Shown: in pieces, positions 1 through 12,364 of the stretch | Position numbering within the stretch: position 1 is the stretch's first letter | Layout of the letters: every line of letters begins with the position of its first letter | Assembly (NCBI GenBank): GCA_963833985.1 | Contig: CAWIAD010000002.1 | Location: forward strand, 672,001 to 736,000 | Direction: 5' to 3' | DNA length: 64,000 bases | Source: an uncultured Planctomycetaceae bacterium | GTDB lineage: Bacteria > Planctomycetota > Planctomycetia > Isosphaerales > Isosphaeraceae | The notes under the pieces: generated by a model | The model's input: the letters and a program-made list of their open reading frames with translations, nothing else | Databases searched by the model: none | Told to the model about the DNA's origin: nothing | Position numbers and translations under genes: made by a program

Positions 1-1323
<1,323 letters not shown>

Positions 1324-2193
1324 GTTCAGGCCTCAAATGCAAATGGTCCGAGCATGTTCGCCCGGTTCGAGACGGCTTCGATGAAGCCGGCGAACGACAG
1401 GCCCGCTGACCTCGTCACCGTCAGCCAGTTGCATCCCAAAGTTCTTCCAGTCCATGCTCTCAGGCGAAACCGATCCCACCCATGAACGGGTGAGCGATAG
1501 AGGTTCGGAGCAGCCGGGAGAGGGCATCATCCGACGACGCCTGAGCCCTGAAGATACCCCAAAGCAAGCGCCGGAGCCATTGCCGAACCAGCACAACCAC
1601 GATTTTCGATCTTCCCTCTTCAAGTCCATCCTCCGTCGGGGCCTCCTTCCTCTCCCATCGATGTCGGCCCTCCCGCCCGCCACGGACGCGCGGTCACGTC
1701 ATGTCCCGGGAAGTCTGCCGCCATCGTCGTTGAGTCGCTCCGGAAGCCACGCATTTCGGAAGACCTCGTTCCTCACATCCGGGCAGAGACACCAGCGCCC
1801 CGACGGTGCGGAATTGGCTTCGTTCTCGCCATCATGCCAGCGAAGCCATCGGACGTAACTCTCTTTTTGAATGAGCTTTACATACGCATTTCCCGGGTTT
1901 TCATTTGGGTTCGGTCCGCGTTTTTTTGCAAGCAGCCGTGGCGATTCCCACATCAGGTAGGGTGCGGTCGAGCGCAGCGAGGCCCACCAGACGGCCAGGT
2001 GATGGACGCCGGCGCGCCGCCAGGCTTTCCCCTGGCGGCGCCCTGGTCCGTACAAACAACCGAAATGCCAAGGAGCCGGCGCATTGCGCCACTCTATTGA
2101 GTTTACGATGCGGACGCCGCGGATCTTGCCAACCAGTACACGGTTTGCTCTCCTTGTGCCGGCGCGGTCGGATCACTTCACCTCAGGTGCCCC

Positions 2194-2922
2194 ATGCGTC
2201 TGCTCTTCTCGTCGGTTCACTGTTACCTGGACCCCTCCGGCGGCGCGTCGTTGTGCACGCGGGAACTCCTGGAGCTGCTCGCGGCACGGGGGATGGATTG
2301 CCGCGTGCTCACGGCCGGCATCCTCGACACCGAGCGAGAAACGACCCTCGACGAGCTGCTCGGGGCGCTGGAACTTCCCGCGCAGCGATTCCACGCGGAA
2401 CGGAAATCGGGCCAGGCCGCCGAGGTGCTCGACCTGAATGTGAACGGCGTGCGGGTCACGCTCATGCCCACGGCGTCCAGCCGCGGCGAGCGGTCGCCCG
2501 ACCCGCGTGAAGCGGCGGTCTTCCTCGACCTGGCCGACCAGGTCCTCGACCGCTTCAAGCCCGGCGTCCTCTTGACCTACGGCGGCCATCCGGTCAGCCT
2601 CGCGCTCATGCACCGGGCACGACAGCGCGGCATCGCGGTCGTGTTTCACCTGCACAATTTTGGATACAACGACCGCTCGGCGTTCGCCGATGTCTCGGCG
2701 GTGATCTTCCCGTCGGAATACTCCCGGCGCTATCACACCCGGCTGCTGAACCTGGACGGCCCGGTGATCCCCGACCCGATCCCGCTCGACCCCATCGTCG
2801 CCGCGGACCCGGAGCCGAGATACCTCACGTTCATCAACCCGCAGCCTTCCAAGGGCGTCACGGTCTTCGCGCGGATCGCCGCCGAGCTGAACCAGAGCCG
2901 CCCCGAAATCCCCCTGCTGTAG
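2194..2922 (+). pseudogene. Glycosyltransferase family 4 (GT-B) N-terminal half, truncated
   Basis: MRLLFSSVHCYLDPSGGASL...VFHLHNFGY...VIFPSEY...TFINPQPSKG resembles GT4. TAG at 2920-2922 falls early in the C-terminal domain and the downstream sequence is unrelated. Confidence 0.7.
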
Positions 2923-3164
2923 CTGGAAAGCCGTCGATCGTCCGACAACTGTAGGGTGTGCCCAGCGCAGCGACGACGCACCGACCCGGTGACAGCGGGG
3001 ATGGACTACCAAGCTTTGCCGGGGCGGCGATGATGAGAAAAAGCGGACCATGCCACAGGATTCACTTGACCGATGCCGACGCCGGATTTACCTTCATCGC
3101 TTGTCCCGATGCTGCATCTCCTGATCTGGTCTCTGTGACTCGTCCGCTCGCGGCTCTTCGTTCA

Positions 3165-3350
3165 GTGATCACGAGGACCGACAACGCCGACAACGGCTTG
3201 AGCTCCGGCGGCGGCTACACGTTCACCTATGATAACGAGGGCAACACGATCGGCGAGATCCAACTCTCGAGGGGCGATGTGTGGACGTTTGGCTCCGACG
3301 ACCGCAACCGCAACCGCACAACAAGCGCGGTCGAGAAGAGCTCGGGAGTC
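3165..3350 (+). pseudogene. RHS/YD-repeat protein fragment
   Basis: Frame reads DNADNGLSSGGGYTFTYDNEGNTIGEIQLSRGDVWTFGSDDRNR, YD-repeat-like; no start or RHS core nearby. Confidence 0.5.
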
Positions 3351-3379
3351 ACGAAGCTGGAGCGGAAGAACTTGAGGTT

Positions 3380-3500
3380 GGGTGGTGCGACGGGACGCCC
3401 TTACGGCGCCGACGCCTGGAGCGCCGGGACCGCAGGCTGCCTGCCTTGGAATATGGCCTCCGACCAGGGACGGCAGCCCCGAGCCAGGCATAAACAGAAA
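3380..3500 (+). pseudogene. Possible C-terminal remnant of a REP-associated tyrosine (Y1/RAYT-like) transposase
   Basis: GRPYGADAWSAGTAG then, after a frame slip, LEYGLRP..G..PR, recalling the GRP(Y/F)G..W...A..LGLE.TLRPRGRP tail of such proteins (from memory). Confidence 0.4.
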
Positions 3501-3559
3501 GCACGATCACGGTGTCTATCCCAGATTGCCCAGTCTTCGCCGGAGAAAACTCATGTCCC

Positions 3560-5964
3560 GAATGCCACAAAGTTAGTCAGAAGTGCTTCATTGGCAACTG
3601 TTTGCGGAGTTCGGATCTGGGCCTAGTCATCCGCATGTATTGTTTTGGTCGTCGCTTTACGACTCGGGGCTCGACGCGTCCACGGCGCAATGGGTTGATG
3701 ACGATCCGCGCGGGCTCAGAACCCCCTTCGGACCCGATCAGCCAGCGCACCGCGTCGATCAAGCCGATCCGATCTGGATCAACGCCGCGCATGCGTGCCG
3801 ACTCCAGCATGACCGATCTTACCAGGTTATACGCCAGGCTGAAAATCGCCAGCTCTTTGAGAACCCCTTCGACTGTCTCGCAACGCAGAACATCCATCTT
3901 CATGCTAATCTTTATATGACGAAAATTGAGTTCGACTCTCCACCTCTTGTAGTAGAGTTCGGCCAGCTCTGTCGCCGGGTAGGTCGATGCGTCTAAGAGG
4001 GAGTTTGGAAAGTTGCGCGGTTTAGGCAGCAGCCAGCCGACGCACCATAACGTTGATCATAGCAAGATGAATCATTGACGCTGACGTTTCTGGATGGAAC
4101 TCATAATCCTTGCTCATTCGGCGAAACCGTCCCAACCAGGCGAAGGTTCGCTCCACGACCCAGCGGTGGGGCAGGAGCTTAAAACCCTTGACGTCGTCCG
4201 TTCGTTTCACGATCTCCAGGACCCAACCACACTCGCTCTTGACCCACTCCACCAATTTGCCTGCGTAGCCGCCGTCGGCCCAGACCAACTGCAGCCGTGG
4301 CAGGTCGTTCCTGATCGCATCGAAAACTGCCTTCGCCCCGTCCCGATCCTGGATACCTGCCGAATGAACGACCACAGCCAGAATCAGCCCCATGGTGTCC
4401 ACCAGGATGTGACGCTTGCGCCCCATGATCTTCTTCCCGGCATCGTATCCATCGATCCCCCCTTGCTCGTTTGTCTTTGCCGATTGGCTGTCAATGCACG
4501 CCGCGCTGGGCTCCTCGTTTCGGCCCGCTGCAACACGAACCCGTCGACGAAGAATGTCGTGAACTCGTTGGAGAGTTCCGTCACGGGACCACGCTCGAAA
4601 GTAATCGTAGACTGTGCCCGCCGGTGGAAAGTCGTGGGGCAAGAGTCGCCAGGCGCATCCGGTTCGCAACAAGTAGAAGACCGCATTGAGCACCTCGCGG
4701 ATGTTTGTGGTGCGCGGCCGGCCGCCGAACTTCCCTGCAGGAAGGAGCGGTTCGACAATCCTCCACTCTTCGTCAGTAAGATCGCTCTCATACGCCTTCC
4801 GCGCCGTGCGCTCGTCCATGATCGGGCTCCGCCCTTGTTCGATGACTACCCTTCCCCTGAGAAGATTCTGCTCAATTCAGAAAATCTGTCCAGCCCACCC
4901 AAGTTTCCGAACTCCCTCTAACAGAGTCGTGACCAGCGTGATTTCGCGCACCCGATACCCGGGTGTCTCGACCCGGTACCTCAGCTCGCGCACGGTGATC
5001 TCGGAGGGCAGCACCTCGAACTCATCCGCCGACATCCACTTCGGATGGGATTTCGATTTAAACCATGTGACAATCTGATCTGCGGTTCCCTGCGCCAACA
5101 CCCACCGCGAACTCGGCAGACCCTGCGGCCTGGGGTACGGACCCTTCCTCCTGGCCATCGGACGACCCGGCGTGAAATCGACGATCTGCTGCTGGTGCAC
5201 GCGGAAAACCGCATGCAGACCGCGTTGCAGTAATATCGCCAGATGAGCATACGAGCAAAATCCGCGGTCACCGAGCACGATGTCTCCCGGCTCCAGGCCG
5301 TCGGAGATCGGGCCGACCTGGGACATCTCGTGGGTCCGCAAAGGGGCCGTCCTCGAACGCAGAAGCATGCCGGTGGTGACATCGAAGAGGGCCAGCCATT
5401 TCGCCACCGGGAAGCCACAGCCCTTGCGTTGACCGCTGGGTTGGCCGAAGTGACGTTGCAGTTCTGGTTGGTCCGGCATGGAGAAGCTGGAGCGGTCGAC
5501 GACCCAGATTCGGTGCCCGAGCCACCGCGCGCCATCCGAAGCAGTCCGCACGGCGGCAGCGGTCCGCTCCACGAGCCAGTCGAAGACGGCCAGCGGAAGC
5601 CGCTTTCGCGCCAGGCAGTAGGCGCTGTCGGTGAAGGTCCAAGCGCCGAAGTGCACCACGTGGCGACAGGCCGTGTTGCCATGAAGGACCTGGAGCAGGA
5701 ACAGATAAATGGTCGTCGCGGGGTCGAGAACGCGATTCCGCCAGCGGTGTTTCGCCTGGCGGCAGGCTTCTTCGATCGTCTCCCGGGACAATCCCGCGGC
5801 GATATCTTGGCGCAGTCGATCGAGAATAGGGATGATGCGAGGCGGCATGGGTGGGGCTCCCTCCAGCAACTGTGGGTCCTGGTACTTCCCACAGGATGCC
5901 CGGAGCCTCACCCATGGCGCAAGATCAAATGGCACAATTAGTTAAAATTAACTTCGCGGCATTC
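3560..5964 (-). mobile_element. IS4-family insertion sequence, transposase interrupted by an IS5 element
   Basis: Imperfect TIRs GAATGCCACAAAGTTA (from 3560) and GAATGCCGCGAAGTTA (reverse complement ending 5964). 11-bp flanking duplication ACTCATGTCCC/AGTCATGTCCC. Removing 3997-4921 restores ...LVTTLLDASTYPATELAELYYKRWRVELNFRHIK..., the IS4 YREK-type motif. Confidence 0.92.
3997..4918 (-). mobile_element. IS5-family (IS1031-like) element with intact 265-aa transposase at 4022-4819
   Basis: [57 protein letters not shown]. TIRs GAGGGAGTTTGGAAAGTTG / GAGGGAGTTCGGAAACTTG; 3-bp target duplication TAA (3994-3996, 4919-4921). Confidence 0.95.
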
Positions 5965-6327
5965 AGTCATGTCCCCTTCAGGCCTTCTCAGGCCTTCGGA
6001 GATCATGGAGAGAAACCCGCCAGGGATCGAGATAGGCATTCTTTCCGATTCGATCTTGCTCGAACCCCTGGGACCCCGGCCGATCAGTGATCTCGTTCAA
6101 CAAATCCGCCGTCGTCGATCATATCTACTCTCGTCCGTCGTCTTCCCTCCGTGTTCTCTGTGTGCTCTGTGGTTCGATGGTTTTCCTGACTTTGAGCGTT
6201 ACGAGAGCCTCGTCCGGCCCGATCGGGACGTATCTTCGCCCTCTGTCGGGTCGTTGAGATCGATGTGGTGAAGTGAGCGGGGTGGGGCGAAGTACCAGGA
6301 TTTTTCAACGTCCAGGGGGCAGCGGTC

Positions 6328-6414
6328 ATGAGCTTGAACGGGTCGGCACGCCAGGGCCTGGCTTCGATCATCATCCCCTGCTGGAACCAGCTTGAGTTCA
6401 CGCGGCAGTGCCTC
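6328..6414 (+). pseudogene. Glycosyltransferase family 2 N-terminal stub
   Basis: MSLNGSARQGLASIIIPCWNQLEFTRQCL matches the SIIIPxxN GT2 start; it breaks directly into GGGGACAAA repeats. Confidence 0.6.
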
Positions 6415-6460
6415 GGAGGGGACAAAGGAGGGGACAAAGGGGGAGGGGACAAAGGGGACA
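6415..6460. repeat. Short tandem array of GGGGACA(AA) units (4 copies)
   Basis: ggaggggacaaa-ggaggggacaaa-ggg-ggaggggacaaa-ggggaca read directly. Confidence 0.85.
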
Positions 6461-6657
6461 TCCCTCTGACCGCGAGCGATCTGCGCAGGATGGATAAAGC
6501 TTTGAACGTCCACGTACTTCGATTTACGAGGATTCGCGGCAACATGCTCACTGGCTCGACCTCCTCGGCGGCGCCTTCCAGCCGAACGTCACGCTCGCTT
6601 CCGGCCACGACGCGCATCATGAGCGTACCAGCCGGAGCGGCAATATCGCGGGTAAGA

Positions 6658-7412
6658 ACAGGATCAACGACGCCTACAACCTGACCACCGGCCGGCCACA
6701 ATCACGGCGAGCCGCAAGCTCCGGCGGCATGGAGTGCAACCGCGAAGCGCAAACCGATCTGAATGCATCTGACCACAGAGAGCACAGAGAGCACAGAGAG
6801 AGAGAGAGAGAAGTCCATAGGGGATCGGATCGAGGAAAACGCTCATTCCAACCTGGATTTGCCTGTAACCTGAGCCAGCGGACGATCAATGATCCCGTCG
6901 AACTTTCGTCGTCAATTCCTTCTGCTCTCATCCATCGTCTTCCCTCTGTGCTCTCTGTGCTCTCTGTGGTTGCATGGTTTTCTCGATCGGATCAGGGCAG
7001 ACGCTCATGCTCTCCTCGCTCTGCCTGAATCCGGGGCCACAGGATCAGCGACTCCTACAACCTGCCTACCGGGCCGTCCACGATCACGACGAGCTGCCCG
7101 GTCCGGCGGCATGGAGTGCAACCTCGAAGCGCGAGCCGACATGAATGCTGCGAACCACAGAGAGCACAGAGAGCACAGAGAGAGAAGTCCATAGGGGATC
7201 GGATCGAGGAAGACGCTCATCCCAACCTGGATTTGCCTGTAACCTGAGCCAGCGGACGATCAATGATCCCGTCGAACTTTCGTCGTCAATTCCTTCTGCT
7301 CTCATCCATCGTCTTCCCTCTGTGCTCTCTGTGCTCTCTGTGGTTGCATGGTTTTCTCGATCGGATCAGGGCAGACGCTCATGCTCTCCTCGCTCTGCCT
7401 GAATCCGGGGCC
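6658..7412. repeat. Tandem duplication (6658-7038, 7039-7412), each unit holding a 27-bp inverted repeat of (CACAGAGAG)n; partial related copies at about 6075-6190 and 7413-7525
   Basis: ACCACAGAGAGCACAGAGAGCACAGAG (6772-6798) is the exact reverse complement of 6944-6970. The ORF track shows identical peptides offset by 374 bp. Confidence 0.92.
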
Positions 7413-7544
7413 AGCGGACGATCATCGAACCCTTGGAACCTTCGTCGGCGATCCATTCTGATCTCGTCCATGGTCTTCCCTCTGTGCTCGCTGAGATCTC
7501 CGTGGTTCCATGGTTTTCCTGACTGCGGTAAAGCGTCCGCGCTC

Positions 7545-7903
7545 TGCTCGCCCGCTGCCACCAGATGCTCGAGGACACCCCCTCGGCCCTGGGCGCCTGC
7601 GCCGCGGGGTTACGGCTCGACCCCGACGACGCCGAGCTGCACTTCCGCAAGGCCATCCTCCATCGCAAGGCGGCCCAGCCCGCCGAGGCCGAAGCCTGCT
7701 GGCGGCGGATCTTGACCGTGAAGCGTCCGGAGCAGTTTTGCAGTGTCGACCAGGGTATCTACGGCCACCTGACGCTGCGCAACCTTGCCGCGCTGGCCGA
7801 AGAGCGCGGCGACTACGCGGAAGCCCAGCGCCTCTGGTCTCAGGTCCTTGCCGAGTGCCCGGGCGATGCCGAGGCGACGTCGCGGCTCGAAGCGAAGTCG
7901 TGA
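7545..7903 (+). pseudogene. TPR-containing C-terminal fragment, probably of the broken GT2-TPR gene
   Basis: ACAAGLRLDPDDAELHFRKAILHR...AEAEACWRRIL...LRNLAALAEERGDYAEAQRLW are TPR-like helices lacking a plausible N-terminus. Confidence 0.6.
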
Positions 7904-8038
7904 ATCGACCTGACTTCCGCCAGCGGCCAGCAACCCGGTGCGATTCGCGACGGCCTGGAATCCCGCGCACGATAACACCAGCCCTGGCTCAAGAATGGAT
8001 GTCCTTCCTGTCCCGGCCGGCCACAATCCCGCCCTGAG

Positions 8039-10498
8039 TCATGGTATCGACGAGCCGAGGCATCCGGAGTTCGATGGCAATGAGAGGGTGTCCCTTGCCG
8101 AGCACTGGTCCAGGCACGCCCGGGCGACGGCGGCGACGATGGCGTCGGCATCCAGACCGTACTCGCGATAGAGATCGGAAATGTCGCCCGACTGGCCGAA
8201 GCGGTCGACGCCCAGGGGCACCACGCGGTAACCGGCCACGGCGCCAAGCCAGGAAAGGGAGGCCGGATGGCCGTCCAGTACGGTCACCAGGGCAGCGCCT
8301 GGGGCCAGGTCCTCGAGCAGGGTCTCAACGTGCGACCGCGCAGCCGGCTCACCGGAACTTCGAAGGTGAGTGGCGCTGAGCCAGTCCGCGTGCAGGCGTC
8401 CGGCCGAGGTCACTACCAGCAGGCCGGCGTCGGGAATGTCCTCGCGGATCAACTCGTACGCCTCGATCGCTTCCGTGGTGACGACGCCCGAGCAGACGAT
8501 CGCCAGGGTTGCCCCACGGCCCGGCGGGAAGAACCAGTAGCCACCGCGCACGATCGCGGCGTGCAGGTCGTCGGTCATCGGACGTTCGGGCTGGCTCAGC
8601 GGCCGGGTCGAGAGGCGCAGGTAGACCGAACCGCCGTCGTCGTCTTGAAGATGCCGGAACGCCCACGCGGCGATCACGGCCAGCTCGTCGACGAAGGCGG
8701 GCTCGAACGCCGTCATTCCCGGCTGGCCAATGCCGATCAAGGGTGTGATCACCGACTGGTGGGCTCCGCCTTCAGGCGCCAGGCTGAGACCCGAGGGCGT
8801 GGCCACGAGCAGGAACCGCGCGTCCTGGTAACACGCGTAGTTCAGCGCATCGAGGCCGCGGCAGATGAAGGGATCGTACAGGGTGCCGATGGGGAGCAGG
8901 CGAGCGCCGAAGAGCCGGCCGGCGAGACCCAGGGCGGCCAGCAGCAGGAAGAGGTTGTTCTCGGCGATGCCCAGCTCGATGTGCTGGCCGGCCGGCGACA
9001 TCTCCCACTTCTGGGTCGAGGCCAGGGCCTGGTCCTGGAACAGATCCATGCGGGGACGGCGGTCGAACAGTCCCCGGCGGTTGACCCACGCGCCCAGGCT
9101 GGTGGAAACCGTCACGTCGGGAGAGGTGGTGACGATGCGCTCGGTGAACTCGCCGGTCCCGCGCGAAAGCTCGTTGAGCAGCCTGCCGAAGCCTTCCTGC
9201 GTGGACATCCGCGTTCCGCGGGGAATCTCCAGGATCTCCGGCACCGCCAGCCGGGGCGGCTCGGCGCCCTGGCGGTTCCTGGCCGCGAACGGCACCTGGG
9301 CCAGGAACCGGCGGAGCTCGTCCGCAGCGACGTCCAGCCCCGCGAACGGGTCGTATTCGCATCCCTCGGCGATGTTCTGCGACTGTCTGTAGGCTTCCAT
9401 CTGGTCGGGACTCATGAGCCCCGAGTGATTGTCCTTGTGGCCGGCGAAGGGGAGCCCATGGCCCTTGATGGTGTAGGCGATGAAGCAGGTGGGCACGTCG
9501 CTGGCCGCGGCGTGAAACGCATTGAGTACCGCTTCCATATCGTGCCCGGCCAGGTTGGTCATGAGGGCATGGAGCGCAGCGTCGTCGTGCTCGTCGAGCA
9601 GGGCGGGAATTCCGGTGGTCGTGCCCAGGTCGCGCTTCAGTTGGGCCCGCCAGCCGGCCCCTCCGCGGTACACAAGGGCCGAGTAGAGCGAATTGGGACA
9701 GCCCTCGATCCAGTCGCGCAGGGCCTCACCCCCGGGCCGCTGGAAGACGTCCTGAAGCCGGCGGCCGTACTTGAGCGGCACTACCTCCCAGTCCATGGCC
9801 CGGAACAGGCTGTCGATGCGCTGAAACAGCCGGTCCTCGACCACGTTGTCGAGACTTTGCCGGTTGTAATCGATGATCCACCAGACGTTGCGGACATCGT
9901 GCTTCCAGCCCTCGAGCAGGGCTTCGAAGACGTTTCCCTCATCGAGCTCGGCATCGCCGGCCAGCGCGATCATCCGGCCCGGCGGCTGGTCCGCGGCGAT
10001 GAGCCCCTTGAGCCTGAGGAGATCCTGCACCAGGGCCGCGAAGAGCGTGATCGCCACGCCCAGGCCAACCGAACCGGTCGAGAAGTCGACGTCGTCGCCG
10101 TCCTTGGTCCGGGACGGATACGACTGCGCACCACCGAAGGCCCGGAACCGCTCCAGGCGGTCCCTAGACTGCCAGCCCAGCAGGTACTGGATGGCATGAA
10201 AGATCGGGCTGGCATGCGGCTTCACCGCAACCCGGTCCTGGGGACGCAGGACGTCGAAATAAAGCGCGGTCATGAGCGTGGCGAGGGAGGCGGACGATGC
10301 CTGGTGGCCCCCGACCTTGAGGCGGTCGCGATTGGGACGGAGGTGGTTGGCGTTGTGGATCATCCAGGTGGAGAGCCAGAGCACCTTGCGCTCCAGGGCG
10401 CGCAGGCAGCGCAGCCGCTCCACCCGCTCGGCACTGCTTGCGGCCAGCACGCCCGCGGCAGCCGCGCTCTCCCCACAGGAATCCCGCACGTCGTTCAT
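8039..10498 (-). CDS. aceE: Transketolase-like pyruvate/2-oxoacid dehydrogenase E1 component (AceE-like)
   Basis: GGHQASSAS, QSYPSRTKD, FSTGSVGLG, ThDP motif GDAELDEG...NRQSLD, GIAENNL, EGGAHQS, LGVDRFGQSG. Start trimmed from the ORF-track call to the ATG at 10498 (approximate). Confidence 0.85.
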   Translation of the reverse strand: MNDVRDSCGESAAAAGVLAASSAERVERLRCLRALERKVLWLSTWMIHNANHLRPNRDRLKVGGHQASSASLATLMTALYFDVLRPQDRVAVKPHASPIFHAIQYLLGWQSRDRLERFRAFGGAQSYPSRTKDGDDVDFSTGSVGLGVAITLFAALVQDLLRLKGLIAADQPPGRMIALAGDAELDEGNVFEALLEGWKHDVRNVWWIIDYNRQSLDNVVEDRLFQRIDSLFRAMDWEVVPLKYGRRLQDVFQRPGGEALRDWIEGCPNSLYSALVYRGGAGWRAQLKRDLGTTTGIPALLDEHDDAALHALMTNLAGHDMEAVLNAFHAAASDVPTCFIAYTIKGHGLPFAGHKDNHSGLMSPDQMEAYRQSQNIAEGCEYDPFAGLDVAADELRRFLAQVPFAARNRQGAEPPRLAVPEILEIPRGTRMSTQEGFGRLLNELSRGTGEFTERIVTTSPDVTVSTSLGAWVNRRGLFDRRPRMDLFQDQALASTQKWEMSPAGQHIELGIAENNLFLLLAALGLAGRLFGARLLPIGTLYDPFICRGLDALNYACYQDARFLLVATPSGLSLAPEGGAHQSVITPLIGIGQPGMTAFEPAFVDELAVIAAWAFRHLQDDDGGSVYLRLSTRPLSQPERPMTDDLHAAIVRGGYWFFPPGRGATLAIVCSGVVTTEAIEAYELIREDIPDAGLLVVTSAGRLHADWLSATHLRSSGEPAARSHVETLLEDLAPGAALVTVLDGHPASLSWLGAVAGYRVVPLGVDRFGQSGDISDLYREYGLDADAIVAAVARACLDQCSARDTLSLPSNSGCLGSSIP

Positions 10499-10939
10499 CA
10501 CCACCAGCCTGGAAGAATCGACCAGCGACACCGGCGTCCGCACACGGGAGCTATTGTACCGGAAAAAAGGCGCCGAGGGGGCGCCATCAGCCCGGGCGGC
10601 AAGGCCTGTTTCGATGCCTCCGCAGGCTTGCCCCGATTCATGGTGCAAGTGCAGCATGAACGTGCCAGTTGGGACGGATTGCGGCTCGAATAATCCTGGA
10701 TTTTTCGGCGTCCGAGCCGTTTCCTCCCTTTTTTTTGCAACCACAGCATTATCCTCTTGACAGTCGTCGGCGATCTGGCAAGATGGCATGAGGAGAACTG
10801 GTAGCGGATCGGTGGTGATCTCGCTGCGCGTTTCTCAACCAGCATCCTTGATTCCGGCCAGGGCTCGAGTCGTCCCCACGTGTGGCGAGGATGATCCGGT
10901 GCCGCGGAAGGGTGGCTTCCCAGCAAGGAGCGACACCTC

Positions 10940-11371
10940 ATGTTCGACCAGGTTTTTGAGAACTTCCGGAAGGCGAGCGAAACCACGTTACAGGCGCAGC
11001 AGGACCTGTTTCACCAGTGGATGTCGCAGTGGCCCACCTTTCCGATCGACCCCCTCGCGGCCCCTGGCGCGAGCGCCGTGAGCGACCAGGTGCAGTCGTT
11101 CCGGAAGCAATGGACGGAGGTCGCGACGACGCTGATGACGAAGCACTGCGAGGCGCTGGATGCCCAGTACCGCTCGGGGATTCGCACCATTGAAGAGGCG
11201 CTGCGGACCTCGGAGGCCAAGAGCCCCGAGGAGTTTCGCCGGCTCACCGAGGAACTCTGGCGGAAGAGCTTCGAGGTGCTCAAGCAGACGATCGAGAACC
11301 AGATCCGAGACTTCCAGCTCGCCGTGGAAAAATGGTCCGAGCTGATGACCCGGAACAGCTCGAAAGTGTGA
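10940..11371 (+). CDS. Helical protein, phasin-like (putative PHA granule-associated)
   Basis: RBS AGGAG upstream; 143-aa amphipathic helical sequence with ...EALRTSEAKSPEEFRRLTEELW...; context supports. Family call is inference. Confidence 0.5.
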   Translation: MFDQVFENFRKASETTLQAQQDLFHQWMSQWPTFPIDPLAAPGASAVSDQVQSFRKQWTEVATTLMTKHCEALDAQYRSGIRTIEEALRTSEAKSPEEFRRLTEELWRKSFEVLKQTIENQIRDFQLAVEKWSELMTRNSSKV

Positions 11372-11447
11372 GTTCCCCTCCGCGGACACCTCGGGTTTGG
11401 CGCGCGTTTGGTCTGCCAGGTGCATGGCTGTGGGAGGCCTGATCGCG

Positions 11448-11957
11448 ATGAGCGCTGAAAAAAGCGATTTGGTGGCCAGCTCGGCGGCCGATCCGGCGCG
11501 TGATTTTCTTGAGTTCTGGAAGCACTACTTCGAGCAGACAGCTCTCCAGACCAGGGTTCTTCTGGAGAGCATGCCTGGTGGAAAGCCGCCGGACCAGTTT
11601 CAGAACCAGGCGCTTGCGGCGCTGAGCGACAGTCTCGACGGCTTCATGCGCACTCCCGCTTTTCTGGATGTCCTCAAGCAGTCGCTCACCCGGATGATCG
11701 AGCTGAAGAAGGCACAGGACCAGGTTGCCCAGAACCTCGGCCAGCAAACCGGTCTGCCGCTGGCAGCCGACGTGGCGGGCGTCGTCGAGCAGGTGCGCAG
11801 TGCCCAGCAGGTCCTCCTCAGGCGGCTCGACAGGCTCGACGCCCGGCTCGAGGCGATCGAGAAGATTCTCACGACCGGACCAGTGGAGAAGAGTCCCAGG
11901 CGGAAGAAAGCAAACACCCGGCAGAGTGGAGACGATGTTTCCCAGGACCCCGCTTGA
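11448..11957 (+). CDS. PhaE/PhaR-like protein (putative class III/IV PHA synthase accessory subunit)
   Basis: FMRTPAFL followed by GLPLAADV...RRLDRLDARLEAIE coiled-coil tail, the layout typical of PhaE C-termini. Confidence 0.5.
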   Translation: MSAEKSDLVASSAADPARDFLEFWKHYFEQTALQTRVLLESMPGGKPPDQFQNQALAALSDSLDGFMRTPAFLDVLKQSLTRMIELKKAQDQVAQNLGQQTGLPLAADVAGVVEQVRSAQQVLLRRLDRLDARLEAIEKILTTGPVEKSPRRKKANTRQSGDDVSQDPA

Positions 11958-12364
11958 CGACGCCCTTGCCCTCGGCCAAGACGTCCGGGCATGTGTGACG
12001 CTCACAGGTAGATCCTCGCGGAGGATCTCGCAAGGGTCGCGGCCGAGGACAAGGACGGCGTCCATGAGCGGCTTTCCGGGAATGCAACCGCCGGACCTCA
12101 CGAGTGATCAAACGCCGCGGATCTCGCGGCAACAGGCTAATCGCCGGGCTGGAGAATGCAGGCGGCCGGCGCTGCCCGCAATGCCCAGCCCCCCTTCAGG
12201 ACCGCGGCCGGAAGGCCCACGGCCCAACGCGCTACTGCCACTGGCCGTGACGGCTGCCAGCCGCGCCGGGGATCGTGCGTACGACTCCCTGGCTCTCTGC
12301 GTTTTTCAGGATCGCCACGCAGGGACACGTTCCACTCGGGTCTGATTTCGACGGGAAGATCATC

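Noticed and set aside
1890..1932. Shared T7-GCAA motif upstream of the mutase and of aceE (about 10728-10740)
   Set aside because: Low complexity, inconsistent spacing to neighbouring similarities, and no sigma54 GG-N10-GC fit.
1324..2193. Cobalamin riboswitch upstream of the mutase
   Set aside because: I could not find the conserved B12-element motifs in the right arrangement; an Rfam scan would settle it.
6658..7530. Possible CRISPR array
   Set aside because: Units are about 375 bp with repeated rather than unique spacers, and no cas genes are present.
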